This document shows, piece after piece, positions 17,856-26,852 of a stretch of 64,000 bases of DNA. How positions within the stretch are numbered: the stretch's first letter is position 1; the number at the start of each line of letters is the position of its first letter. Source of the stretch: a virus. Lineage: Duplodnaviria; Caudoviricetes. The notes beneath the pieces are model-generated. The model was not told where the DNA came from and ran no database searches. It saw only the letters and a list, made by a program, of their open reading frames with translations. The stretch is from positions 8,944-72,943 of the IMG/VR virus record IMGVR_UViG_3300009873_000008; one strand, 5' to 3'. The translations under genes were made by a program, and so were the position numbers.

Positions 17856-18403
17856 CGGCCGCCCATCTTGGCACGCATCATCTCGCGCAGCGCCTCGTCG
17901 CCGGCTCCGAGCTTCATCGCCAGCTTGGCCGACATGCTAGTGAAGTCGTCGCTCGACACCGCAATGAGCAGCACCATGCTCACCAGCCGCAGATGCCGAG
18001 CAAGCGCGATCTGACCCTTGGCAAGCGCGCGCATGCTCTTGATGTACGGCTGAACCGTCTGGAGAGCAACTGCGACGTCCTCCATCACCGCCCGGAACTC
18101 CTCCAGGGCCCCAGCCGGCACATCGTCGTTCTGTCGCTCCTGTCGGATGAACTCCCCCAGCTTGAGGCGGATTGTCTCGACGTCGGGCGGCGTGGGAAAC
18201 CGCGTGGGATCCAGCACCTCGACTATCTCCGGCAGTCCCTTGAGCATCGTGTCGCACGACTGAATGGCCTTGAGCAAGCCCTCCAACATCGCCGGCCGGC
18301 CGGTGTTGATCGCCGAGAGTGCAGCGTCACGCAGCGTCGCGCGCATGCGCTCGGAGTCACTCGTGTCCCCCAGCCGGTCATCTGCGTCGGACATGCTTGC
18401 CAT
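17852..18403 (-). CDS. Hypothetical helical protein
   Basis: GGG-TAGAAC at 18423-18431; start uncertain. Confidence 0.6.
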   Translation of the reverse strand: MASMSDADDRLGDTSDSERMRATLRDAALSAINTGRPAMLEGLLKAIQSCDTMLKGLPEIVEVLDPTRFPTPPDVETIRLKLGEFIRQERQNDDVPAGALEEFRAVMEDVAVALQTVQPYIKSMRALAKGQIALARHLRLVSMVLLIAVSSDDFTSMSAKLAMKLGAGDEALREMMRAKMGGR

Positions 18404-18568
18404 GCTCGCCCCCGTCAAGAACGTTCTACCCGCCCAACCGGACGGCTTATCCACCCGAGGGCTGGAAGTGCTTCGTCGAGACAGGTAGGGTGCGGAAGAC
18501 GATGGGAGCGCTCCGATTGTCCATTCAAAGCCCCATCCGTAGAATCGATCAGGATCAGGAGCGCGCCC

Positions 18569-18889
18569 GTGGAAGCGAGTCTAGTCCAGCGGGTTCTGGA
18601 AAGCCTGCTCGCCACCGGCCCCGTAGCGGTGGTCTTGGGCGTCGCCTGCTACATCCTGTGGAAGAACAACGCTGCGCTGCAAGAACGCCTGACGAAGCAA
18701 CAGGAAAACTACGAACAGCAGCGAGAGCACCAGCAGCAGCGGTCCGATCGCCAACAGGAGAAGATGCTCCGGCTCGCGATTCGCGTTCAGCAAGCCGTCG
18801 AGGCCCTAGCCGGCCTCGATGGACCCACTGTACTGGACGAGGATGAGAACGAAGACGATCTCCCCTCGGTACCAGTCAAGAAGAAGTAG
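18569..18889 (+). CDS. Single-TM coiled-coil membrane protein (holin-like)
   Basis: TAGAAT at 18540, AGGAG SD, GTG 18569; TM GPVAVVLGVACYILW, Gln-rich coil, acidic tail. Confidence 0.55.
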   Translation: MEASLVQRVLESLLATGPVAVVLGVACYILWKNNAALQERLTKQQENYEQQREHQQQRSDRQQEKMLRLAIRVQQAVEALAGLDGPTVLDEDENEDDLPSVPVKKK

Positions 18890-18898
18890 GGGGCGTGC

Positions 18899-19225
18899 GT
18901 GAACGCCGCGTCTCGGCCGAGGAAAGTCACCGAGAAGGTCACCGAGTCTGACATCGACGCGGTCATCGAGAAGATCGATCAGGCGCTCCCACGAGTTCAT
19001 GCTCTGGCGAATCGTCAGGTCGATACGCCGCCCACTGGCGGATTCAGCGCCGACAAGATCGAACAGACGAAGCGCGCCTTCCAGGAGATGAGCGACGACA
19101 CGTTGCTCACTCGTTCCGGCGAAGATGTGCGCGTCGCGACCCGCAAGGCGTCGAGACCACCAGTACCTCAGCCTCAGCCCCAGCCCCAGCCCAAGCTCCA
19201 GCCCCAGCGCCGACGTTCAGGGTAG
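18899..19225 (+). CDS. Hypothetical protein with PQ repeat
   Basis: 108 aa. Confidence 0.55.
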   Translation: MNAASRPRKVTEKVTESDIDAVIEKIDQALPRVHALANRQVDTPPTGGFSADKIEQTKRAFQEMSDDTLLTRSGEDVRVATRKASRPPVPQPQPQPQPKLQPQRRRSG

Positions 19226-19517
19226 CGCGTCCGCCAGTGCGGCGAGCACGTCCCCGTGGCACGGTTCAGTGCCGCGGCGCTTGCACCAGCACCCCAGCGT
19301 CTTGCCCTTGAGAGTTGGCAGGAGCGCCATCAACTCCGGCTGGTTCACCACCCAAGCTCGGTAGGCCGCGACGGCTTCCTCGACCGTCGCCACCTTGAAC
19401 TTGGCCAGTGTTCCGTCCTTGTGAGTGTATGGGTTGCCCCAAGGTGACGGCTTGTCTGTCTTGGGACACCGCCCGCGTCCGATATAGACATCGAACATGA
19501 ACTACTCTCGTTGGCAT
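19217..19517 (-). CDS. DUF4326-like protein, apparent frameshift near the 5' end
   Basis: DVYIGR...WGNPY...LKGKTLGCWCK...CHGDVL from ATG 19498; MPTRVVH lies in another frame from 19517. Confidence 0.75.
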
Positions 19518-19535
19518 AGTCGTCTCCCATCTTCC

Positions 19536-20204
19536 CTACTCATCGTCGATCGTCTCTTCGCCGTCGGACGTGTCGTCGAGCGGATCAAAGTGACCAAGCC
19601 AGTGGCGGTCGGGCTTCTGGCACTCGCAGAACATGGTATGCGACGGCTTGTAGTAAGCGCCGTTGTTGAGCCTGTCCTGCGTCTTCTCCGCGTAGGGGCG
19701 TCGATCGACCACGTAGCCCTTGCCCTGGCACTTCTGACAGCCCATGGCCTGCGCCCGCATGCGCAGCGTCGAGACCATGTTGCGTGCGCCGTCGTCGAGG
19801 AGGCGCAGGAACAATTCCATGTCCTTGTTGGCGATGGCAAGGTTCGTCTGCGCGACCCGCAACGCTCCGAACAGGCGCTCAAACGAGCGCTCCTCCATCG
19901 CGACGCGCGGCACCGGTCGATAGTGAAACGCCTCGTGGCGCTTCCGGTCTTCGACGCGAACGCGGACTTGGCAATCACCGTCCCCGTCGACGCCGAAGGT
20001 CTGTTCGGCAAGCGACGCGACGAGGTAGGCGAACTGCGAGATCGACTCCGCACTCGCGTTCCACCGATCCACACCGGTCGTAGCCGTGAACCGCTGACTC
20101 TCGGGACGAATGCCGACCATCACGCGCTTGAACTGTTCCGCGAGCGCGAGAATGTCGGCTTTCGTAGTCCGTTTGGTAGTCGCATCGTCGGTCACGTCGG
20201 TCAC
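19536..20204 (-). CDS. Hypothetical protein with CxxCxGxG motif
   Basis: GTGA start with GGAGGAGG SD; CQKCQGKG, CEC. Confidence 0.6.
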   Translation of the reverse strand: MTDVTDDATTKRTTKADILALAEQFKRVMVGIRPESQRFTATTGVDRWNASAESISQFAYLVASLAEQTFGVDGDGDCQVRVRVEDRKRHEAFHYRPVPRVAMEERSFERLFGALRVAQTNLAIANKDMELFLRLLDDGARNMVSTLRMRAQAMGCQKCQGKGYVVDRRPYAEKTQDRLNNGAYYKPSHTMFCECQKPDRHWLGHFDPLDDTSDGEETIDDE

Positions 20205-20617
20205 TCGGATTCCTCCTCCTCCAAGGCCCCGATCTGGGTTACCAGGTCGGTCGGCCAGTAGGTGTTGCTGATGGATACCGCACCCGTGACGTGGCGCACG
20301 CGACCGGGAACAGTGCCAGTGGGATCTTGGTGAAGGAAGCCACGCGCAGTGAGACTGTCGAGCACCGGACGCAAGAACTTGACTCGCGCGTAGAACTCGC
20401 GTTTCCTCTCTTCGTCCGAGAGCGCCGAGCGGCTCAGGATGAAGACCCACTCTTTGCCGTGCGAGATTCCTTGCGGGTAATCGGCCCAGACGCGCTCAGC
20501 GATCTCGTGGCTCAGCAGATCCGTCTGATGCGCGCCGCCGTTGTCGTACGCAGCCGAGATCTCGCGCACTAGGCGCAGGACTACTCGCTCAAGCTGGGTG
20601 AGTCGCTCACTTGCCAC
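20201..20617 (-). CDS. Possible winged-helix protein, C-terminal LVTQIGALE
   Basis: LTQLERVVL...LDSLTARGFL. Confidence 0.55.
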   Translation of the reverse strand: MASERLTQLERVVLRLVREISAAYDNGGAHQTDLLSHEIAERVWADYPQGISHGKEWVFILSRSALSDEERKREFYARVKFLRPVLDSLTARGFLHQDPTGTVPGRVRHVTGAVSISNTYWPTDLVTQIGALEEEESE

Positions 20618-21089
20618 GGTGCCGTGCCTTGACGACCACGAAGCCGGGAGTGCCGGAGAGCTTCTGCAAGAGCGCCTTGACCTCGGCCTCGCGCTCCTCG
20701 GGAGACAGCGCCGCGGTCCGCTGTTCTTCGGCGAAGCTCTCCGTCTGTGCGTTCACGATCCTGCTCATGATCTCGTCCGGCACGATCGGAAGACGGGCAC
20801 CGTAGCTATGCACACACACGCTCACGATCGTGCGGCTCGCCTGGTCGGCGATACGTTCCTCTAGCGTGAGCTTCCTCCGAGCCTCGTCGTCTGCTCGTGC
20901 CTTACCGCTCATGAGATCACGAAACGAGTGGGCTCGAACCTGCGTCCCCCACGCGAACTCCCACTTGAGCATGCGCGGGTCAGCGAGTCGGTGTTTGCTT
21001 CGACTGCGGCGCAGAGTCTCGATGGCTTGTTCGGCCTCGGTCGGGCAGAACTCCATCGCACGTTCGTACGTGATCTCGATGCTGCTCAC
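20607..21089 (-). CDS. Hypothetical protein
   Basis: GTGA start at 21089. Confidence 0.6.
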   Translation of the reverse strand: MSSIEITYERAMEFCPTEAEQAIETLRRSRSKHRLADPRMLKWEFAWGTQVRAHSFRDLMSGKARADDEARRKLTLEERIADQASRTIVSVCVHSYGARLPIVPDEIMSRIVNAQTESFAEEQRTAALSPEEREAEVKALLQKLSGTPGFVVVKARHRGK

Positions 21090-21379
21090 GCCGCGTCCAG
21101 CGAGCCGATCAGCGAGATGATGTCGACCTCCAGGGTGTAGCCCTTGCGCTGCTTCTCGATGGCCATCTTCCGAGCGGCCTGCTGCGCGTGCTGGGGGCTC
21201 GCGAAGTCCTCGCGCATGGTCTGCCCCCGCGTGCCGATCTTGCCCCAGCGGCGCACGAAGGTGCTGCCCCACACCTCGGCCTGCCAGAACTTCATGGACT
21301 CGCCGGACTGGTTCTGCGCGTTGGCACCCACGAACTCCAGTCGCATCTTGAAGTCGGGTTCGCGCTTGGTGGGGATCAT
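21086..21379 (-). CDS. WGR domain protein
   Basis: KFW...RRWGKIGTRGQ...EKQRKGY; ATGA start. Confidence 0.85.
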   Translation of the reverse strand: MIPTKREPDFKMRLEFVGANAQNQSGESMKFWQAEVWGSTFVRRWGKIGTRGQTMREDFASPQHAQQAARKMAIEKQRKGYTLEVDIISLIGSLDAA

Positions 21380-21924
21380 GCCTTCCTCGCCTTCTTCTTG
21401 CCCTTCGGGGGGCTCTTGGTGGTCGTCTTCTCGGGAGCCACGGGGGGCTTGTACGGCTCGACGTACTCGGGCGTCGAAGGGTCGACCCAACGCGACATCG
21501 CGACGCTGTAGGTCCCATCGTCGTGAGAGCCACCTCGACGGTGTGAGTTGAACCGTTCATGGCCGATGTCGTAGTCCCGCATGCACCAGCCGTCGATCTC
21601 GTACTCGGCGCGCTTCGATCGCACGACCTCCAGACACTCTTCGCCCCACGCGCTCCCCACAGGCACGTGAACCGTTCGTGTCTCGTGGCGCAGACCGATC
21701 AGCGCCATCGCCTCGGGGCTGGGAACTTCAGCGTCCACGTCCGTCTGGTACTGAGCGCCCAGCGCGCGCCCGAAGACGTCGGGCGGAAGCGCGAGCGACG
21801 CGATCACCACCCGTGACAGTTGATCCGTGATCTCGATCCTCCAGTAGCCGTTGACCGTGCTGCTGGACGCGAGCGCCATCTGGAGATTGACCTTGAGTTT
21901 CCTGGCCTTGGCCATCGTCGTCAC
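21376..21924 (-). CDS. Hypothetical protein
   Basis: 182 aa, coupled. Confidence 0.6.
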   Translation of the reverse strand: MTTMAKARKLKVNLQMALASSSTVNGYWRIEITDQLSRVVIASLALPPDVFGRALGAQYQTDVDAEVPSPEAMALIGLRHETRTVHVPVGSAWGEECLEVVRSKRAEYEIDGWCMRDYDIGHERFNSHRRGGSHDDGTYSVAMSRWVDPSTPEYVEPYKPPVAPEKTTTKSPPKGKKKARKA

Positions 21925-22361
21925 ACCTTCGCGCCCACCGGCGCGTGTTCGTTGTTGTTGTTGTCGTCCAGCTTTCCGATCCGCTCGACGATCGACGCGC
22001 CCCGGTAAAGCAGGCCGTTTTCCTTGAGCACCTGTTCGACGTAGGCCAGCCGAAACTCAGGAAACGGACCGATCTTGATCGGCCGGCTGGAAATCGCGTC
22101 GATCGCTTCCTTCGCCTCTTTCAGGTTGAGACCGAGCAGTTCCCGGATCGCCTTGATCGGAGGGATCGGCGAACCCGGACCGCGACCGTAGATCGTGAGC
22201 ACCACCATGCCGTAGGTCGTCTCGTCGAACCTGGTCATGCCATTGAGCATGGCGACCAGCCCCGCGGCCTCTCGTTGGGTCACCTGCCACGTCCCGGCAC
22301 CCCGGATCGCGACTTCGACCTTGCGCTCGTCCATCTGGATCGGCTCGATCGGCTCGGTCAT
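21921..22361 (-). CDS. Protein with ribosomal L7/L12 C-terminal-like domain
   Basis: IKAIRELLGLNLKEAKEAID resembles IKAVRxxTGLGLKEAKDLVE; TAGGAC 6 nt upstream. Confidence 0.65.
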   Translation of the reverse strand: MTEPIEPIQMDERKVEVAIRGAGTWQVTQREAAGLVAMLNGMTRFDETTYGMVVLTIYGRGPGSPIPPIKAIRELLGLNLKEAKEAIDAISSRPIKIGPFPEFRLAYVEQVLKENGLLYRGASIVERIGKLDDNNNNEHAPVGAKV

Positions 22362-22370
22362 GTCCCTGTC

Positions 22371-22646
22371 CTACCCCTCCCGCTCCCGGAACAACTCAGC
22401 GCCCTGGACCATGAACTTGACCAGATCGTCCTTGATCGACATGGCCGTCTCCTCGCCGAGGATCTCGGCCATGCGCACCTTGAAGTCGAGCGCCCGCTTA
22501 CGGACCGTTTCCTTGGACGAGATGCCCTGGCCGATCCGGTCGTAGTCACGAAACGTGTCGTCGAGCCGCTCGATCTCGTACCGACACTCGTCGATCGTCA
22601 TGTCCTCCACGCGCTTCATCGGCTTCGCTCCTCCTGGAGTTCTCAC
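22371..22646 (-). CDS. Hypothetical protein
   Basis: 91 aa. Confidence 0.55.
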   Translation of the reverse strand: MRTPGGAKPMKRVEDMTIDECRYEIERLDDTFRDYDRIGQGISSKETVRKRALDFKVRMAEILGEETAMSIKDDLVKFMVQGAELFREREG

Positions 22647-22719
22647 AGTTCGAGCGAGCGGTCTTACACTAGCCTCTCAAGTAATTGTCCTAGAAACACT
22701 TATCTCGACTCTGCGGTCG

Positions 22720-22728
22720 GGGTAGAAC
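22720..22728 (+). promoter_or_regulatory. Putative -10 element GGG-TAGAAC, leaderless
   Basis: 6 nt before ATG 22735. Confidence 0.6.
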
Positions 22729-22734
22729 TGCTCC

Positions 22735-23208
22735 ATGACTACCGCGAAGCGCGACTACCGAGAAGGCGATTGGGTCCGGTTCAGCGTTCCGAATTCGGAG
22801 GCGGTGGGCCAGATCTCGTCGGTGCAGACGCCGAATCTCGATTCGTGGGAGCGTGACCCACTCTCACGCTCGCGTGACCGGCGCACTCACTACGTGGTCC
22901 GACAACCGAACGGCGAATGCACGCGGATCCCGGACCACATGGTGATCGGCGTTGCCGACGTCGTGGCCGCAGTAGCGGCGCTCGCCATTCGGCCCCTCTC
23001 ACTTCGCTTCCGGTTCCGGGTGCTCGGAGATCACGTTCACGCGACGTTGTTCGTGGGCAAACCGCACTTCACGCTCGCGAACTCCGGCAAGCTGGTCTTC
23101 CGCACCGACGAGTGGGGCAGTTTCGTCGCGGCCATGCAGTTGGTGGGACAGATCTCCCAGCAGGTCGACGTCGACTTCGTTTCCGAAGAAGTCGAGGTAG
23201 AGACATGA
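22735..23208 (+). CDS. SH3/KOW-like protein
   Basis: REGDWVRF...VGQISSV; VVAAVAALA. Confidence 0.55.
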   Translation: MTTAKRDYREGDWVRFSVPNSEAVGQISSVQTPNLDSWERDPLSRSRDRRTHYVVRQPNGECTRIPDHMVIGVADVVAAVAALAIRPLSLRFRFRVLGDHVHATLFVGKPHFTLANSGKLVFRTDEWGSFVAAMQLVGQISQQVDVDFVSEEVEVET

Positions 23209-23855
23209 ACCAGCACCTGGAGACTGCGATCGAGACGCTCTCGCGAGACCCGCGACTCACGCTGGCCATCGTCAATGAGCGGAAGACCGTGTGCTACTTC
23301 AACGGCAGCATCGAACGTCGTACGGCCCTGGTCTACGTGGGCGGGCGTAGCGTCGTCAACCCTGGAGAGTCCATCGGCGCGTGGCGTTTGAAGACCGGCG
23401 GACGTGGCTCTCCGACGTGGCTGCGCCACTACGACAACAACACAACGATCATCATTCCCCGCACGGTCTCGTGTGCGTTGTCGCTGCTTTGCAACCGACC
23501 GGTCGCCCTGGTGCTGCTCGACACGAACACCCGACACGACCGCCCCCACTACTGGATCCGTCGCGAGACCATCGAGCAGCTGGCGGAGGCCGGTGACCGC
23601 CATGGGCCGGCCTACTGGACCAGAGGACTGTGTCGCGGGCTCGTCGGGAAGATCAAGCCGCAGGAGCGAGGAGTGCTCATGCCGGTGCGCCGGCTGCCCG
23701 AGCCGGCCAAGATGGTCTCCGAGTTCGATGCGATCATCGACGGGCACGCTGGCGCCCCCCGCTACTGCCACGCGATCCCGCGCCACGTGGCGCTCAAGAG
23801 CGCGTGGCTGCAAGAGGAGCCGGCCTTCGGCCTGGAGACCGACGATAAGTCCTAG
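23205..23855 (+). CDS. Hypothetical protein
   Basis: ATGA start at 23205. Confidence 0.6.
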   Translation: MNQHLETAIETLSRDPRLTLAIVNERKTVCYFNGSIERRTALVYVGGRSVVNPGESIGAWRLKTGGRGSPTWLRHYDNNTTIIIPRTVSCALSLLCNRPVALVLLDTNTRHDRPHYWIRRETIEQLAEAGDRHGPAYWTRGLCRGLVGKIKPQERGVLMPVRRLPEPAKMVSEFDAIIDGHAGAPRYCHAIPRHVALKSAWLQEEPAFGLETDDKS

Positions 23856-24220
23856 ATCTCGTCGAGCGCGGCAACAGCATCGACGATGTCGTCAATCGGC
23901 CAGACCTTCCGACCGTGAACACGATCCTCGTCAATCGACCAGACTGCTACCTTGGAGCAGTCTAGGCCGCGCTTGGCAGCAAGTCGTACCGCACGTTTCT
24001 GCGCCGCTAGCGGGGTCTCGAACACGTGCGCCTTCAAGATCGACGACGTGAACGTCCAGTGCCATCGGGAGTGTGCGCCGCGCGCTTTGTTGCCGCGGTG
24101 GGGCGCTCTGGCCAAGTAGTCGGCCGTGCTGTACCAGTCGCGCTCCTTGAGCAGCGCTGCGACGTATCTCACCGTCGCTTGGCGGACCTGTCGGGCTCGA
24201 CCTTGGCCGGCGGCGGACAC
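23852..24220 (-). CDS. Hypothetical protein, C-terminal IVDAVAALD
   Basis: 122 aa. Confidence 0.55.
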   Translation of the reverse strand: MSAAGQGRARQVRQATVRYVAALLKERDWYSTADYLARAPHRGNKARGAHSRWHWTFTSSILKAHVFETPLAAQKRAVRLAAKRGLDCSKVAVWSIDEDRVHGRKVWPIDDIVDAVAALDEI

Positions 24221-24366
24221 AGAGCGCGTAGCCCCCTGGCCTCGGCCTCCAACAGGTCGGCGACCTGCTCAATCGGCGGCGGGTTCCGCCAAGCGCGGTG
24301 ACGTTCGACCAGGGCTTTCAACTGCACGCGAAACGTGACCAGGCTCGGGTGCGTGTCTTGGCTCAT
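24169..24366 (-). CDS. Hypothetical protein
   Basis: 65 aa. Confidence 0.4.
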   Translation of the reverse strand: MSQDTHPSLVTFRVQLKALVERHRAWRNPPPIEQVADLLEAEARGLRALCPPPAKVEPDRSAKRR

Positions 24367-24490
24367 CGGAGGGCTTCCTCGCTCATGCGTCTTACCTCGC
24401 CGAGCGCGTCGAACAAACCGTCCGATCCGTCGGCTTCGTAGCGGAAGCGTGCATTCTCCGCGATCTCCTTGATCCGCTCCAGCACCTGGA

Positions 24491-24733
24491 TCAGGTGTTC
24501 AGGTCGGCCACTTGATCTACGATGTTCGTCATTGGCGTCCACTCACCGTCACCCTTCGGCCGAACCATCGGCACATGATCGCGTCTGATCCGCACGATGC
24601 CCAGTCCGTGGCACCAGGTGCATTTCGTGTCTGTGGCCAGCAGGTCGTTGACGCGGCGGTGCCGGGGGTTGAAGCACTCAACGATGAGATACCCGGACGA
24701 GTCGACGGACGAGTCCTCGGGCTTCTTGGTCAC
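24491..24733 (-). CDS. Small protein with CxxCxGxG motif, C-terminal IVDQVADLN
   Basis: GGG-TAGAAC (24740-24748) 6 nt upstream. Confidence 0.6.
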   Translation of the reverse strand: MTKKPEDSSVDSSGYLIVECFNPRHRRVNDLLATDTKCTWCHGLGIVRIRRDHVPMVRPKGDGEWTPMTNIVDQVADLNT

Positions 24734-24820
24734 GTTTCCGTTCTACCCTCCGCAAGGCAGCTGGAATCTTTCTCAACGCCGTCCGTTCCGGCTTCCGAGG
24801 AGTCGGAGAAGGAATGAAAC

Positions 24821-25450
24821 GTGAAGAACACCCTCAGCATCGCCGTCGTCGCCCTGGCCGGGATCGCCGCTCTCGGCTGTAACAACAAGAGCCGCAACAA
24901 GGCGACTTTCCCGTCAACACAACTCGCCGTGGTCACTGACACCTTGCCCGTGGCAACCAACGGCGTCGGATACTCGGCCCAACTGACCGCCACCGGCGTC
25001 GTGTCGTCCACCTCCTGGTCCCTGGCGTCCGGTTCGCTGCCCCCTGGTCTCGCCATCAACTCGGACGGCTCGATCACCGGCATCCCGATGGTCAACCCCG
25101 GCGCGCAATTTCCCCTGCGGGTGCGTGTGACCGAGGGCGGGAACTTCGCCGAGAAGGATCTGATTCTCTACGCAGCGAAGATGATCTCGATCACGACGTC
25201 GACACTGCCCGCCGGAACCGTGGGCCAGTCCTATCAGGGCACGCTCGCCGCGGTTGGAGGGACCCAGCCCCACACCTGGTCGGTGACGACCGGCGCTCTG
25301 CCGCCCGGGCTCAGCGTGGCCACCAACGGAATCATCACCGGCACGCCCACGCAGGCCGGACTCTCCCAGTTCACGGTGCAGGTCGTGGACACGATCAGTC
25401 CGGCCGGCCAGGTAACCGCGACCAGGCAGATCAGTCTGACGATTCAGTAG
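24821..25450 (+). CDS. Lipoprotein with two putative Ig-like repeats
   Basis: Signal peptide ending ALGC (lipobox); two T(T)TLPxA/G...WS...G.LPPGL repeats. Confidence 0.8.
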   Translation: MKNTLSIAVVALAGIAALGCNNKSRNKATFPSTQLAVVTDTLPVATNGVGYSAQLTATGVVSSTSWSLASGSLPPGLAINSDGSITGIPMVNPGAQFPLRVRVTEGGNFAEKDLILYAAKMISITTSTLPAGTVGQSYQGTLAAVGGTQPHTWSVTTGALPPGLSVATNGIITGTPTQAGLSQFTVQVVDTISPAGQVTATRQISLTIQ

Positions 25451-25967
25451 GGGCGGCGCGCGGCTGGGTCTCCCCGATCTCGTCCTGCGCCGCGTTCAGC
25501 ATCTTCTGAACCCTGGCGAGCGTCTGGCGCAGGACGAGATTCTCCTGGTGGGCTACCGCCAGGGCTTCGCGCAACTGGTCACCTTCGGAGAGACGGCCGA
25601 CCTTCTCGACGATGTTCAGGTCGGTCGCCTCTTTCCGTCTACCGCGCAACTCGTACCCGAGCCGCTTGAGGACAATTCGCAGTACATCACGTTCGTCTGA
25701 GGAACAAGAGTAGCGGCCCTGGTTGCTGGTCACCCCCAACACGGAAGCTCTATTGCCGCCAGCCATCAGGAGCGACACCGTGTCTGCGTGCGCAACCTGG
25801 ATCACAGACGCGCTCCAGCCGATGTCGTTCCCGAACATCCGTTCTTTCGACGTGCCAGGCGGCCCGAAGCGGTTGATTGCCATCGCGACACGTTCGCCGA
25901 ACTTGGCGTCCCGTTCGATCTCACCGAGCATGTCGTTCAACACCAAGATCACTGAGTAGTAGCCCAT
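25431..25967 (-). CDS. Hypothetical protein
   Basis: GGG-TAGGAC 6 nt upstream; IVEKVGRLS. Confidence 0.6.
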   Translation of the reverse strand: MGYYSVILVLNDMLGEIERDAKFGERVAMAINRFGPPGTSKERMFGNDIGWSASVIQVAHADTVSLLMAGGNRASVLGVTSNQGRYSCSSDERDVLRIVLKRLGYELRGRRKEATDLNIVEKVGRLSEGDQLREALAVAHQENLVLRQTLARVQKMLNAAQDEIGETQPRAAPTESSD

Positions 25968-26014
25968 GAGATCGTCCTACCCCGGTCAGGGACCAGTGGC
26001 GTAGACTCGGCTAG

Positions 26015-26215
26015 ATGAGCGACCTTCCGCCGTACGCGCTCTTGATCGAGTGGGTGCCCGTCGACCTCGCGGCGGACGTTTGGGGCCTTCACTGCCCCAT
26101 CTGCAAAGTAACGCAGCCCCAGATCCCGCTCCCCGAGAAGCAGGCGGACAAGGACACCGCGGTCGCGCAGTTCGCGCGCGACCACTCGACCTGCCTTGCA
26201 ATCACTCCTGCTTAG
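26015..26215 (+). CDS. Small zinc-ribbon protein
   Basis: HCPIC...HSTC. Confidence 0.45.
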   Translation: MSDLPPYALLIEWVPVDLAADVWGLHCPICKVTQPQIPLPEKQADKDTAVAQFARDHSTCLAITPA

Positions 26216-26402
26216 GCGGCTGCGGAACCGAGACCACGGCCACGTCGTTCGGCGAAACTGCGATCTCTTGACGCGCGCCGTCGACAGTCACCAGAACGAG
26301 GAGCCTGTCACCCACAACTGCTTTGACTCGGGCCAGTTGGTCCTTGAACGGAGCAACCGTCCTGCCGCCGAGCCTGACCTCTGTCCCAGGTGTGATCTCC
26401 AT
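26202..26402 (-). CDS. Small SH3/KOW-like protein
   Basis: ITPGTEVRL...ARVKAV. Confidence 0.5.
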   Translation of the reverse strand: MEITPGTEVRLGGRTVAPFKDQLARVKAVVGDRLLVLVTVDGARQEIAVSPNDVAVVSVPQPPKQE

Positions 26403-26489
26403 CCGGCCCTTTTAACCAATCCGCAGGACGTGTGCGCGTAAGAATCCCGGCTTGGGCGGTGAGGTAGAACAACCGAGAGGACTACCACC

Positions 26490-26849
26490 ATGGAGAAGGA
26501 TCTCAGGCCGGGCGCGAAGGTCTTCTGGATTCCGAAGAGCGAGGCAGCGCAGCAACTGCTCCAACAGGGGGCTGGTGGCCTCAGCATCCAGATTCAGGGC
26601 TCGGTCGGAACCCGGGACAGCCTACCGGAAGACGTGAAGAAGCTGCTCGCCGAGGGCAAGGGCGTCCGTCGTCAGGGAGTCGTCGACAAACTGATCGACG
26701 AGAACACCGTGCGCCTGATTCTGTGCGACACCTACGACCACGTGTGGGCGCACCCGAGCGAGGTGGAGCCGATCGACATGGTCACGCTGATTGCCGACAT
26801 GGAGAACTCCAAGTCGATCGAGCAGCAGATGGCCGAGATGGACGACTAG
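26490..26849 (+). CDS. SH3-like protein, MVTLIADME tag
   Basis: TAGAAC at 26465, GAGG SD. Confidence 0.6.
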   Translation: MEKDLRPGAKVFWIPKSEAAQQLLQQGAGGLSIQIQGSVGTRDSLPEDVKKLLAEGKGVRRQGVVDKLIDENTVRLILCDTYDHVWAHPSEVEPIDMVTLIADMENSKSIEQQMAEMDD

Positions 26850-26852
26850 CGA

